DNA of 63,258 nucleotides, filler included, from Octopus bimaculoides (Eukaryota), in assembly GCF_001194135.2 (NCBI RefSeq). It is 6 parts of 6 records of this genome, joined end to end, with 100 filler letters (N's around TTAATTAATTAA, not from the genome) between each part and the next. Parts side by side here need not be neighbours in the genome. Positions count along the whole stretch, not along the records: positions 1 to 14,437 come from NC_068988.1; positions 14,538 to 24,801 come from NC_068994.1; positions 24,902 to 42,892 come from NC_068981.1; 3 more parts are not named here. One strand, written 5' to 3'. The position numbers were made by a program, and so were the translations under genes. The notes beneath the pieces were generated by a model. It did not search any database, had not been told where the DNA came from, and saw nothing but the letters and a program-made list of their open reading frames with translations. Positions 13,671 to 26,553 of the stretch are shown piece after piece (position 1 is the first letter of the stretch; each line of letters starts with the position of its first letter).

Positions 13671-14437
13671 GAAACAAGTAAAGTGCTTCAGAAAATCAAT
13701 TTATAACCAAAATTACATTGTAGGCAATCGCCTCAAAAGCTGAACAAAGCTCTAAATGTTTACACTTTGCCTAGATTTAAATCAGTCTGCTCTCGATAAT
13801 GCCGACATTTACTGCTCAGAATTGGTAAACTCTCCTTCGGTGCACATCAATCATATGAACACACGAATAACTGAAGCCACTGCTATCACTCTATCTTTTC
13901 CACTAACATCATTTCAATATTACTATTAGAGTCTACACCACCGCCGACGCTACCACCAACATTTCTACCATCACACTCACTGAAACTACCGCCAATGCCT
14001 CCACTAATATTTTAAACTTACAACCATCTTCACCACTATCACTACAATTGTAAACACCATCATTGCACTCATAACCAGTATCACAAATACGATTTACCCT
14101 AACACAACTAACACGAACACTAAAACAAAAAAATATCCGTTCATCACTACCACTACCAGCTGCCATCATTACTAACACAATCAGCCACTACTGCTACGAC
14201 TGCCATCCAACTATCATTCTATTGTTTTTTGCATTTTCTATATGTTTATTTTCGTCAATTTCCTTATCACCCCACCACCAGATTCTTCTCACACCCTCAG
14301 TATCTTTATTTTAATTTCCTCTGGAGGAACTATTATTTTCTTAGTTCCATTTTAATATATCGCTGTAAGCATGATAAATCTACTGCTTACCTATGTGCAT
14401 ACATACATATATTTTATATATATATATATATATATAT

Positions 14438-14537
14438 NNNNNNNNNNNNNNNNNNNNNNNNNNNNNNNNNNNNNNNNNNNNTTAATTAATTAANNNNNNN
14501 NNNNNNNNNNNNNNNNNNNNNNNNNNNNNNNNNNNNN
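14438..14537. other. Artificial scaffold linker N44-TTAATTAATTAA-N44
   Basis: Exactly 100 bp; the 12-mer has stops in all six frames; recurs five times. Confidence 0.95.
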
Positions 14538-14689
14538 TATACATATACATCTCTCTCTCTCTCTTTCTCTCTCTCTGAAAGTATCTGTCATTACAGTATC
14601 GAAATGTGATTGTTTCAGTTAGTGGAATAGTTTCATTTTTAAAGTGAAAGTATTTGACATGAATGTTTTTGTTTCACTTTTGACACGTA

Positions 14690-14895
14690 ATACTTAAATA
14701 GTGGAGATATTATGTTGCCGTGGGCTCGAACTCTTCAAGAAGTTAAAAAAATTTTTTGACTAAAACACAACTGGAACCCTAAGTAAGGCATGTGTAAAAT
14801 TTGAATGAAATTGGTTGTGTAGTTCTCGAGTTTTAGGGATACACACACACAGACAGACAGACAGACACACATTCTCATTTTTATATATATAGATT
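14690..14895 (+). mobile_element. Possible Helitron/Helentron-derived non-autonomous 3' segment
   Basis: TGTAAAATTTGAATGAAATTGG...CTCGAG, (CAGA)n and TTTATATATATAGA end, a layout typical of DINE/HINE-like repeats. Confidence 0.4.
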
Positions 14896-16394
14896 ATCTA
14901 ATTATAAAAATATAATAGGATCTTTTAAACATCAAATCGTTATGAGGGTTTATCAGAATAAAACAGGAACCAAAAGGGTCCATAGAAAACAAATGGTTGA
15001 GAACTACTGCTTTAACCTCTCATCACCTGGCATAAAGCCATTTCTCTCAATATTACCCATACTCTCAGTTGAGGTGGGGCTCTTGCCTTATGGTGACCTC
15101 ACCAGTGTTGATACCACATAAAAAGAACCCAGTACACTCTATGACTATTGTAATGGCTTCTGTTCCTCAGAACTGATTCACCTCTCACCTACACCTATAT
15201 ATTGACTTTGTACTGTATCCAACCTCCAACCCACTCGTCTTTCCACCTTTTGTCACACTTGTTGCATTAAACCTCCCTTCCAGCCTCAACTTATTTCAAG
15301 TGCTTTCTTCCCCTGGAATCATCATCCCTCTGGAATCTTCTCCCAGCTCATGCATATTATGCAGGTGTTGGCTTACAACAACTCAAGAGGAACCTTATTG
15401 CTGTTTGATTAAGACTCTCACTCTGCAATTGTGTGTATTCAGGTTCTGTTCCACTGCACGGCACCTTGGGCAAATATCTTTTGCTATAGTCCCAGGTTAG
15501 CCAATACCTTGTGAGTGAATTTGGTAGACAGAAAAGATGATTGCAAGAGAGAGAGATATTTACTGAAATATTGACCAGCTCCTATACATGACATTTTACA
15601 AGAAACTTTTCCAATAGTTAGTAAATCTTTAATTTTATGATGTGGCTTATTCTCTTATACATGCCAGAAGAGTTGCTAAATAACAACTCATATATATNNN
15701 NNNNNNNNNNNNNNNNNNNNNNNNNNNNNNNNNNNNNNNNNNNNNNNNNNNNNNNNNNNNNNNNNNNNNNNNNNNNNNNNNNNNNNNNNNNNNNNNNNNN
15801 NNNNNNNNNNNNNNNNNNNNNNNNNNNNNNNNNNNNNNNNNNNNNNNNNNNNNNNNNNNNNNNNNNNNNNNNNNNNNNNNNNNNNNNNNNNNNNNNNNNN
15901 NNNNNNNNNNNNNNNNNNNNNNNNNNNNNNNNNNGTATGTTCATGTTCATATAGATGTACATTATTTACAGTTATACATGGTAGAAGAGTTGTTTAATAA
16001 CACACAAAGCTGTTAAATTCACTTTGAATGTAAATTTATTTCATGAGGTGACAAGTGCATCCTGGTCATTGACACAACTCCTTTGCAGTGGAAATTTTTA
16101 ATTTAAAGTGAATTTAGCAGTTTTGTGTGGGTTTATTAAATAGATCTTCCACAATGCAGTTGCTTCAGTTTCAACACATGGTCTCAGATCAAGTCATTTG
16201 CTAGATAAGTACCACTTTGAAATCAATGATTCTGCAATGTTACATAGTTAGTATTGTGTATGTTTAAAGTATATTTTTCTCATCTCTGTTACAATTCTAT
16301 TACATGTAGTTTCATTTTCACTTCTACTTAACTAAAATATCAACTGTATAACTGCAATGCCTATGTTTCCTTCTGAAGATGTAAATATAGACAT

Positions 16395-16700
16395 AACCGT
16401 GTGATTAAGAAGTTCACTTCTCAGTCATGTGATTTTACGTTCAGTCACACTGCAGAGTACTTTAGGCAGGTGTCTTATGCTGTGGCCCAAGGCCAACCAA
16501 AGTCTTGTGGGTAGATTTTGTAGGTGGAAATGCATGTGCACATATGTGTATGTGTGTTTCTGTGTGTGTGTGTGTGTGTGTGTGAGGAAGAAGGAGAGAG
16601 AGAGAGTGAGAACTTGTGTCTCTTTGTTTTAACATCACATGATAGTTGTAAACAAGTGTCACTGTCATACAAGCAGTGTTTTCATTCCTAATCTTCTTTG
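16395..16700 (+). mobile_element. Family D SINE, CpG-decayed partial copy
   Basis: Homologous to 11383-11770 with CpG>TpG changes. Confidence 0.6.
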
Positions 16701-17254
16701 AAAGCTTGTCCAGTCATGGGGAAATATTACCTTCTTTCAGATTTCATCTGTGACATCTCACAAGGCTTTTGTTGACCTGGGGCTTACCCAATATGTCATG
16801 TAGTAGAACTGAACCCGAAACCATGTGGTTAGGAAACAAACTTCTTAACCACACAGCCATACCTGTATCTATATATATCACTGTGTAACAAAATTTTTAT
16901 TGGTTTTTGTCTTTGGTCAGTAGATGTTATCCTATTTGCTTTTATCTAGAAATCGAAGGAAATAACTATTATTCCCTTCAAACTTTGCTTTTGTGTCCTG
17001 CACATCAATATTTTGAAACTGACCTATTTTCCATTACATTTCAGACAGATTCAGCACTGCATTGCTGAAGCAGAAATATCACTATAGCAAATATTCTGCT
17101 CAATACCACAGATTTACTTGTCAATTGCTTGACCTTAACCACTTGAGCATGTTCCTTAGTGGTGGACAGTATGTGCATCTCTGATTGTGAACAGGAGTAG
17201 TTGGGGAGCATCATAACCATGTGTTGAGAAGGATTCTTTGGGATTTGAATGTAA

Positions 17255-17487
17255 GGTGGTGAGCTGGCAGAATCATTAGCACACTGAGCAAAATGCTTAA
17301 TGGTATTTCATCTGCTGCAATGCTCTGAGTTCAAATTCCACCGAGGTCGACTTTGCCTTTCATCCTTTCGGGGTTGATTAAATAAGTAGCAGTTATGCAC
17401 TGGGGTCAGCGTAATCGACTTAGTCCCTTTGTCTGTCCTTGTTTGTCTCCTCTATGTTTAGCCCCTTGTGGGCAATAAAGAATTAAA
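17255..17487 (+). mobile_element. tRNA-headed SINE (family B, tail type 1)
   Basis: GAGCTGGCAGAATC head, GAGTTCAAATTCC B box, GACTTTGCCTTTCATCCTTTCGGGG central domain; AATGTAAGG repeated on both sides. Confidence 0.85.
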
Positions 17488-18576
17488 TAAATGTAAGGAA
17501 AGCAGTCTGAAGGAAATATTAGCCATTTTTCATACTTTCTAGGGGTAAGCAAATAGGAAATAACAGTTGCTACCCAAGGACAAAAATTGTGTCATACAGT
17601 GTAATTAATCTTTAAAATGTTCTGTATGTATGTCAGTTTTTTTCTTAATGACAGCCAACACTTGCTGATATTGTGATTCTGTACATTCGTATTCATTATC
17701 TTTCCCACACTAAAGCACCCAATATGAGAATTACAATTCTAAGTGCTTCTTTACTGTAAAATATTTGTGCTGTTCTTTTGAAGAAGGCAATTAAAAACTA
17801 TTGTACACTTGTGTGTGTCTATTAAGTGTTTTTAACAATTAAGAGGCCTTGGTCCATGCCCATAATTCAGAATATTTAAGTTTTTCCATATCAAATAGCC
17901 TGGCTTCAAGATGGGCTTGAACTTAGCTTGTCTGCTTTGTTCGATTACCAAACTGATCCAACACCAATGACGACAACTTTATATAATTAAATCATTACCT
18001 CTGGGAAGCAGATGGGGTTAATTATTTCAGACCTTTATTTGTTTCAGTCATTAGACTGCAGCCATGCCGAGGGTTTAGTTGAATAAATTAGTCCCAGTAT
18101 TTGCGTTTATTTTAAGTCTGGTACTTGTTCTGTTGGTCCCTTTTCCTTATCAGTTGTCAAGTGGTTGTTCAAAACAAAACAGACACAAAGACACACACAC
18201 ATACAAACAAATACTAACATACATAACATACATGTATGTGTGTATGTAGATATGTGATGTTGAAAAATTTGACTTGTGCATATTAATTTCCATTATGTCC
18301 TTTATACTGTATCAAAATTTCATGCATTTTTTTGTAAAGTCAAGAAAGTTATTAAAAATTGAAACCCATCAGTGACTTTTGGGACACCTTGTATTTGAAA
18401 AAAAAATGAATAGAAATGGCTCTTCTGATAATTCTATCACTTTATTAATAAGATGTTTATAAATTATTAGGTGTTTATGGATCATATTTGTAAACACCTA
18501 ATAATTCATAAACATCTAATAATTAAAGTGGAAAAATTATCAGAAAAGCCATTTCTATTCATTTTTCATATATATA

Positions 18577-18623
<47 letters not shown>

Positions 18624-18744
18624 CAAAGACTTTCTGTTTCTAATTCTTTTCTCTCTCTATCTCTCTCTCTCTCTCTCTCTCTCCCTACACTCTCAGAGTA
18701 GTTAGCATTAGGAAGGGCATCCAGCTGTAGACACATTGCCAAAT

Positions 18745-18848
18745 CAGACTGTGCGTGGCATCTTGGGCAAGTGTCTTCTACTATAGCCTCGGGCCGACCA
18801 AAGCCTTGTGAGTGGATTTGGTAGACGGAAACTGAAAGAAGCCCGTCG

Positions 18849-18887
<39 letters not shown>

Positions 18888-19135
18888 ATGNNNNNNNNNN
18901 NNNNNNNNNNNNNNNNNNNNNNNNNNNNNNNNNNNNNNNNNNNNNNNNNNNNNNNNNNNNNNNNNNNNNNNNNNNNNNNNNNNNNNNNNNNNNNNNNNNN
19001 NNNNNNNNNNNNNNNNNNNNNNNNNNNNNNNNNNNNNNNNNNNNNNNNNNNNNNNNNNNNNNCTGGGGTCGATTTGCTCGACTGAAGGCGGTGCTCCAGC
19101 ATGGCCACAGTCAAAAGATTGAAACAAGTAAAAGA

Positions 19136-19138
<3 letters not shown>
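18745..19138 (+). mobile_element. Family D SINE spanning an N gap at its internal microsatellite
   Basis: 5' half 18745-18850, gap, 3' half 19063-19138. Confidence 0.8.
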
Positions 19139-19182
<44 letters not shown>

Positions 19183-20238
19183 ATAGGTAGTTTGGATAGA
19201 TCCCATCTGTTTCCTCTTGAAGCACATCTGCTTATTCCATTATTACAATCAATATGTATCCATCATTACTGTTGTATATCAATCAGAATAAACATTAAAA
19301 CTGAGGATTATTGAAACATTATTCGCAGAATCATTGTAAACAAAACAGGAAAATGGAAATTTTTTTATTATAAAATCTTTTTATTATAAAAAAAAATTCA
19401 CTGTCTAATGATATTTTTGATAGTAAATTCCTTGCATGTCTATATAACATGTAAATCTTTGTGATTCTATTACAGATTGAAACACATGTAATGGAAAATT
19501 GATAATAGCAACAAAAAAAAAATTCCCTTTCCTGTTTTTTTGTTATATATATATCTGTAAATAATGATAATATTTGATAAGCTTAAAGCTTATAAGTGAT
19601 CACATTACATTGACTAAGGTAAATAGTCTAATATTAAAATATTAGACTACCAAATTATTGGTGGGGGGAATTGGAGGAGGGGATTTTGTGTCAGATGATG
19701 GGAGGTGAGAGTGTTACAGAGAAGTAAAAACAGGTGTCTTGCTATAGAGGAAGTACATGGTTATCTGACCAGAGAGAGGGGGAGAAAGGGGTACAAGAAA
19801 GAGGACAGAAACAGGTGTGCTGATGTAAAGGAGATACTTGGTTACCTAGCCAAGAGGGAAGAGCAAGGGAAAGAAAGAGAGAGTGGGGAACAGCAAAAGT
19901 GCAAGAGAGAGCAGGAGAGAAGTGGTGGTGAAGTGCCAGGGTATACTCACAAGTAACAAAGATCAGACAATAGATGGGATGGTAGAGTAAGGAAGAGAGA
20001 AATAAATGATGTCATTGAATAGCAAGAGAGGGGGTCAAAGTGTGGCACACTGACACACGGGAATTAGCTTTTGCATTTATTATATTAGATATATGTATAT
20101 ATTATGTTATATAACATATATATGTTTAAATTGTTATATCATAATGATGAAATTGTCCATGTAAATTCAACCACAATTATAATAGTTTCTGAAGAACACA
20201 AATGTTGTAAAGACATGAACATGATGTCAATGCCTTAG

Positions 20239-20455
20239 CCCTTTTGATACCAACCTATATGAGACCACCATTTGTTGTATAATAAAAAAAAAAACTTCTT
20301 GTTTTAAAGTGATCTAAATTAAAACCTTCCATGTTAATTTATTTTTCACAATGAAATTAATAAATGAGAAAGTCATTTTAGTAAATTCTTCATTATTTTT
20401 TTAATTAATTGAAACAAAGCCAATGTATTTCATCAGAAATATCATAACAAAAGGG
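20239..20455. mobile_element. piggyBac-like MITE
   Basis: CCCTTTTG...CAAAAGGG termini, TTAG/TTAA flanks; related to 22272-22482. Confidence 0.6.
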
Positions 20456-21224
20456 TTAAATTAAACAAGCTATTATGCAAAAGAAATGAAACATACACCA
20501 TCTTGTGAATTCAGTACACTAAATTAGAAAATAAAATAATTCGTAAACAAGCTAATGGGTTTTACAGTTAAATATATAAAATATATTAAATGTAATGTCT
20601 AGCTGTCTTTTAGGAAAATTATATGTTTCTTGTTGGAGAAGCATATGAGTTTGTGTAACAATGCTTCTTAAATTCATATACACGAACATTTTAATAACTG
20701 AATACCAGAAATACTGTTGTCTAACTAATGTTTGGAATCCCACTGGAATCAACCTTATATACTTCTACAATGACCTATATTTCACTCAAAATAGAAAACA
20801 AGCATGCAAAATTTTTAAACTAAAAAAATAAAAATTCCTCAAATTTATTTTTCTAATTCAGTTAATTGGTAATGATAATGATGATGACGATGACAGCAAC
20901 AACGACGATGTAACTGGTCAGTGTAAAAACTTTTGAATGGTTGTCATTGAGAGAGAAACAGGCTGACAGAGGACTGCAATGTGAGGTCATAAAAGATAGC
21001 AAAGTTGAGTGTTTATGGGGCGTGAGATAGATCTAGAACTTGTGTTGCTCCTTAGATGTGTAAAGTATGGCCTGATTCTTCATTACAAAAATGTTATGTC
21101 AGAATATTTTGTCAGGAATTAATTCACTGAAGCAAATCTTTGAGATTCTTTCTCTAACCTTGACATACATAAATTGTAAAAACCAATGTAATTATTTTAA
21201 CCATACTTTATATATATATATATT

Positions 21225-21620
21225 CTTTTATTTTTTTACTTGTTTCCGTCATTAGACTGTGGCCATGCACTGCCTTAAAGGCTTTAGTCGAAGAAATTGA
21301 CTCCAGAACTTATTCTTTGTAAGCCTAGTACTTATTCTATCAGCCTCTTTTGTTAAACCACTAAGTTACAAGGACGTAAGCACACTAGCATTGGTTGTCA
21401 AGCAATGGCAGGGGTCAAACACAGACGCACACACATATAAATATATACATACATATATACATATATAACAGGCTTCTTTCAGTTTCTGTCTATCAGATCC
21501 ACTCACAAGGCTTTGGTTGGCCTAAGGCTATAGTAGGAGACATTTACCCAAGGTGCCACGTAGTAGAACTGGACCCAGAACCATGTGGTTGGGTAGCAAG
21601 CTTCTTACCATGCAACCACA

Positions 21621-21622
<2 letters not shown>
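21225..21622 (-). mobile_element. Family D SINE, full length, CpG-decayed
   Basis: Reverse complement of the family D pattern. Confidence 0.8.
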
Positions 21623-21656
<34 letters not shown>

Positions 21657-21660
<4 letters not shown>

Positions 21661-21801
21661 ATTAAGGGATCAGCAACAGTTGCTTCACCACATACCGAAA
21701 TTTAGAAATAGCAGTTAAAGTGCTAATTTTACTACTACAATAAGTCTACAACAGATAGCAATACTTGTGGTGAAGCAACTGTTGCTGGTCCCTTATTTAT
21801 G
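21657..21801. mobile_element. 145-bp hairpin MITE-like element
   Basis: 36-bp terminal inverted repeats with 2 mismatches (CATAATTAAGGGATCAGCAACAGTTGCTTCACCACA). Confidence 0.75.
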
Positions 21802-21923
21802 TTTATAATTTTAAAAGATCTTTTTTAATAAGTTCTTTACCGATAATGGTTTTTTACATACCGAACTACTTGGTAAAAATTATTAATTATTAATTTATTA
21901 ATAAATTAATAATTCTTTACCCT

Positions 21924-21969
<46 letters not shown>

Positions 21970-22271
21970 GATAGATAGATAGATAGATAGATATACACGT
22001 GTGTTTGTGTTTCATCTTGCCATGGCACCGTGAGATGGTTGTAAATGAGTGTCACTATCACACTAGCAGTGTCATTCATTTTCAACCTTCCATGAAAGCA
22101 TGTCCACCTGTTGAAAATCTGCCTCAACAGATTCTGTCCTACCCACAAAGCATAGAAAAGTGGATGTTAAAACAATGACAAACAACTTCCTATCACACAG
22201 CATACAGTGTAACTTATTATCATCATCATTTAATGTCTGTGTCCCATGCTGACAAGAGTTGGGCAGTTTAA

Positions 22272-22482
22272 CCCTTTTGATATCAACTTGACTGAAACCG
22301 CCTCTGGCTCTGTAGTACAAACGTCTTGTTATTCTGAATTAAAATCTTCCACCAAACCTTAGTCACAATTTATGTTCTTAACACTAGCTTAATGATAACT
22401 AAGTTATTTTACTAAATTCTTTGTTATATTTAAAATTAATTAAAAGAAACAGCATTTCAAAAGAAATATGGTAACAAAAAGG
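22272..22482. mobile_element. piggyBac-like MITE
   Basis: TTAA-CCCTTTTGATATC ... GGTAACAAAAAGG; homologous to 20239-20455. Confidence 0.6.
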
Positions 22483-22746
22483 TAAACAAGGTCTGATGGG
22501 TCTAACAACTGCATAGTGTACCAGTGTCTACTATGGTATGGTTTCTACAGGCAACTGTCTTAACTCTGACCACTTTATGGATAGGTACCCTTTCTAACTT
22601 GGACCACTGGCACAAGTGAGGTCGTTTAGTTGCTTAGAAGATTATTATATGTACATAAACCTAAGTCTTGTCTTCAGTTTTTCCTGACAGTTAATCTAAG
22701 ATTATGTTATCCAATGTAACCTTCCTTTCTTTAGACTGTTGTTTAA

Positions 22747-23366
22747 CTCTTTAGTATTCAGATTACTAGTGGAGGCGCAATGGCCTAGTGGTTAGGGCAG
22801 CGGACTCGCGGCCATAGGATCGCAGTTTCGATTCCCAGACCGGGCGTTGTGAGTGTTTATTGAGCGAAAACACCTAAAGCTCCACGAGGCTCCGGCAGGG
22901 GATGGTGGCAAACCCTGCTGTACTCTTCCACCACAGCTTTCTCTCACTCTTACTGCCTGTTGTGTTTGTAATTCAAAGGGTCAGCCTTGTCACACTGTGT
23001 CATGCTGAATATCCCCGAGAACTACGTTAAGGGTACACGTGTCTATGGAGTGCTCAGCCACTTGCACGTTAATTTCACAAGCAGGCTGTTCCGTTGATCG
23101 GATCAACTGGAACCCTCGATGTCGTAAGCGACGGAGTGCCAACACACACACACACATTCAGATTACTCTGTCAAATCTAATGCTTATTTATTTACATTGT
23201 CTTGAATTAATCATACATTATCTCATAGCTTCGAGATTTCAATGATGTAATTGTTTAGTTTTACTATGACATTGTTGGGTAGATGTGAAATGTTGGATCT
23301 GGCCAGTTTGAACATAAAGGAGACAGAATATTTTGGCTGGATACGGCCAGTTTGAATGCTAAAGGG
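22747..23366. mobile_element. piggyBac-like MITE interrupted by a family A SINE
   Basis: TTAA at 22743-22746 and 23367-23370; TIR CTCTTTAGTATTCA / TGAATGCTAAAGGG (12/14). Confidence 0.7.
22769..23155 (+). mobile_element. Full-length family A SINE with (AC)n tail and 12-bp TSD
   Basis: Near-identical to 843-1227; TSD ATTCAGATTACT at 22756-22767 and 23156-23167. Confidence 0.92.
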
Positions 23367-24299
23367 TTAAGGGAAATTTGACTATTGTTTCTTGAGACTA
23401 AAGGCTTCTTCATCAGTTCATGGCAGTCTTGAAGATTCACATGATAGATCTATAAATAATTTTGTTGGAGGGAGATAAAGCTTTCACAACAGAACTAAAT
23501 ACAATTACATGCTCATAATGGAGTTATGTATAATCTCCATGACATAGCTGACACTTTTAAGTGTTGTTATTCTATTGCTATGCATTATGCATGGGCAATA
23601 ATAATAATAATAATATGTCAACAATAGAGATCTAAAATCACTTTCCTCCAGAATAAATTACAAAACAATCAGTGTATGTGGGTGTGTCACACTCTTTCCC
23701 TCTCTCTTCTCTCCCTCCCCACACACTTTTTCTCTTGTTCACATACTCTCATACCTGTCTTTTTCTCTCTCTCTTTCTCACATGCTCTCTCTTTCTCTCT
23801 CTCTCTCTCTCTCTGTCTCCATAGATTATCTGTACTCCACCTTTATCTCAATAACCCTTCTTTCATCATTCATTTACAATTGTCTTTGACTCCCACTTAC
23901 AAATCTACCAATTCCACCCTGTTTAGTAAATATATATATCATCTGTTCATTTCATCAGACTTTCTCTCATTTCCAGCCTCCTGGAAGGCAGAAAGAGAGC
24001 TTGATGAAGCTCGCTAGTTCTATAGCAAAAAGACTGAACTTACATATACTGCTGTTGTCAATGGAGCTCCCTATTAGTCCATTCATAACTTACACTAAAA
24101 CTTTATTGGAATTTCTAATGAAAGCAAGAGAGAGACTTCTCCTTTCTGTTACACCAGAGTTGTTCTCCATTCAGCAGTTATTCAACAATGTCCAACGGTT
24201 GCTACAAACCTAGCAGCCATCCATCTAAAAGTCATACAGTCTGACCCAGTCTTACCCATACAAAACAGTCTTTACTACACAACTTCCAGTGACATTTAA

Positions 24300-24485
24300 T
24301 ATTCTTTTCTACTCTAGGCACAAGGCCCGAAATTTGGCGGGAGGGGACCAGTCGATTAGATTGACCCTAGTACGCAACTGGTACTTAATTTATCAACCCC
24401 CGAAAAGATGAAAGGCAAAGTCAACTTCAGCAGAATTTGAACTCAGAATATAAAGACAGACAAAATGCCACTAAGCATTTCACCC
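24300..24485 (-). mobile_element. Family B SINE (tail type 2)
   Basis: Reverse complement of the family B central domain plus CCTTGTGCCTAGAGTAGAAAAG tail. Confidence 0.75.
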
Positions 24486-24489
24486 AGCA

Positions 24490-24700
24490 TACTCTTTTAC
24501 TTGTTTCAGTCATTTGACTGCGGCCATGCTGGAGCACCGCCTTTAGTCGAGAAAATCGACCCCAGGACTTATTCTTTGTAAGCCTAGTACTTATTCTATC
24601 AGTCTCTTTTTGCCGAACCACTAAGTTACAGGGGCATAAACACACCAGCATCGTAAAGAAAAAAGGTTTAAGCGATGGTGGGGGACAAACACACATGCAT
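24490..24700 (-). mobile_element. Family D SINE 3' half
   Basis: TTACTTGTTTCAGTCATTTGACTGCGGCCATGCTGGAGCACCGCC signature. Confidence 0.8.
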
Positions 24701-24715
24701 ATATATATATATATA

Positions 24716-24801
24716 TATCATCATCATCATCGTTGTTTAACGTCCGCTTTCCATGCTAGCATGGGTTGGACGATTTGACTGAGGACTGGTGAAACCGGAT
24801 G
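24716..24801 (-). mobile_element. RTE LINE 3' terminus with (GAT)n tail
   Basis: Reverse complement of the 62520-62590 terminus. Confidence 0.75.
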
Positions 24802-24901
24802 NNNNNNNNNNNNNNNNNNNNNNNNNNNNNNNNNNNNNNNNNNNNTTAATTAATTAANNNNNNNNNNNNNNNNNNNNNNNNNNNNNNNNNNNNNNNNNNN
24901 N
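24802..24901. other. Artificial scaffold linker N44-TTAATTAATTAA-N44
   Basis: Same 100-bp construct. Confidence 0.95.
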
Positions 24902-24960
<59 letters not shown>

Positions 24961-25014
24961 CAGATTGTTAGAGTGGGTTATGAAAGTTATGGAAGGTTTT
25001 GACATTGATTAGGA

Positions 25015-25226
25015 AGATAATTAGCCTGGACGAGATGCTCTTTGGCTTCGTTTAAGAAAGAGGGGGTATTGATACCATCCACTTCTTAGTGAGACAGTTG
25101 TAGGAAAAGTACTTAAGTAGGAGTAGGCCCTTACAATCTAGCCTAGCATTCTTCAACTTCAAAAGGGCTTCTGACAGAGTTCCCTATTCTGTAACCACGT
25201 GGTTCCTGAGGAAACTGGGGTTGAAG
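25015..25226 (+). mobile_element. Degenerate RTE-clade reverse transcriptase fragment
   Basis: LDEM.FGF..., I.FLVRQL*EKYL..., AF...K.A.DRVP.SV..W.LRKLG across frameshifts. Confidence 0.75.
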
Positions 25227-25405
25227 CCAAATCCTCTCAGATTCTTTCTCCTTTAAAATCTTTCTTTTAACTTTTACTTGTTTTAGTCATTAGACCGTCA
25301 CCATACCTAACTGGGAGGGTCNNNNNNNNNNNNNNNNNNNNNNNNNNNNNNNNNNNNNNNNNNNNNNNNNNNNNNNNNNNNNNNNNNNNNNNNNNNNNNN
25401 NNNNN

Positions 25406-25730
25406 TAGCACTTGTGCCGGTGGCCTGTGAAAAAAACATTCAAGCGAGGTCATTGCTAGTGCTGCTGGACTGGCTCCTGTGCAGGTGGCATGTAAAAAAC
25501 ACCATTTGAGCGTGGCCATTGCCAGTACCACCAGACTGGCCCTTGTGCCGGTGGCACGTAAAAGCACCCACTACACTCTCGGAGTGGTTGGCGTTAGGAA
25601 GGGCATCCAGCTGTAGAAACTCTGCCATATCAGATTGGAGCCTGGTGCAGCCTTCTGGTTCACCAGTCCTCAGTCAAATCGTCCAACCCATGCCAGCATG
25701 GAAAGCAAACGTTAAACGATGATGATGATG
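25406..25730 (+). mobile_element. RTE LINE 3'UTR (5'-truncated copy)
   Basis: Matches 62200-62590, including the GCACGTAAAAAGCACC repeats and (GAT)n tail. Confidence 0.85.
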
Positions 25731-25931
25731 AAATATTAATCTAACTCATGCTACTTTTGAAGAACAGATGGCAGATGACATGAGTAACTGCCAGTGTCCT
25801 CACTGCCACAGCTCTTGTATTAAAACCTAAAGAGAAAAATATGTGCTTCACGAGAGATTGGAAAAGGTGGTTAGCAAGAAACAAACATGAAAACGAGTGA
25901 AATGCAAATAATAATAATAATAATAACATAC

Positions 25932-26049
25932 TTGTTGCATATATTGCTATCCTGTCGTCGTTGAAGCGCAGCAGGTTTTCTGCATAGTTTAGCTCTGACC
26001 CAGAAAACCACTCAGGGATGTCTGCTATTTTTAAACGTTTGTCAATGAC
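25932..26049 (-). CDS. AACS: Acetoacetyl-CoA synthetase, coding exon 3 ([39 protein letters not shown] + 1 nt)
   Basis: Acceptor ctaattcaacag, donor CAA|GTATGT, 118 nt; [18 protein letters not shown] is the diagnostic AACS N-terminal motif. Confidence 0.95.
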
Positions 26050-26239
26050 CTGTTGAATTAGAATGAGTGAAAGAATAAGAACAAAAAATAATATTTAGAG
26101 TTTGACAAAAAGACTTAACATCAATTAAAGTCAATTCAACCAAGTTTCTTGGAATAAAGTATACACAGCACAAGCCTGGCTCTGTGGTAGGAAGTTTGCT
26201 TGGGAGCTTAGGGCATCACGGGGGCATAGTGCCTGAGTT

Positions 26240-26553
26240 CCTTTTGAGTGTTGGGCCTCATGGAGGCAATGACCAAGACCTTTGGCATTATGTTGTGCTT
26301 AAGAAGAAGACCCATTAAGTTGAGAAAAATCGTAGTTGTGGCAGAAACCGGTGTCATGCAAATTGACACCTGTGCCGGTGGCACATAAAAGCACTCATTA
26401 CACTCTCAGAGTGGTTGGCGTCAGGAAGGGCATCCAGCTGTAGAAAACCATGCCAAATCAGACTGGAGTCTGGTGCAGCCTTCTAGTGTCAAACTGTCCA
26501 GCCCATGCCAGCATGGACAATGGACATTAAATGATGATGATGATGATGATGAT
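26240..26553 (+). mobile_element. RTE LINE ORF end plus 3'UTR (5'-truncated copy)
   Basis: CTCATGGAGGCAATGACC..GACCTTTGG..GCTTAAGAAGAAGACCC parallels 61995-62060; (GAT)n tail. Confidence 0.8.

Noticed and set aside
17945-17980. Rossmann-like peptide KVVVIGVGSVW on the minus strand
   Set aside because: Immediately followed by a stop, no splice context, and the motif's last Gly is missing; likely chance.
19705-19956. 83-aa purine-rich ORF
   Set aside because: Low-complexity AG-rich repeat-derived sequence; no domain.
20497-20775. Candidate micro-exons (VLNSQDG; VIVEVYKVDSSGIPNI, faintly like AACS IDLSKIPNS)
   Set aside because: Weak donor, phases do not join, and similarity is too low to call.
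23385-23420. Minus-strand CUGAUGA...GAAAC-AAUA-GUC
   Set aside because: Helix II does not close and helix I has no complement.
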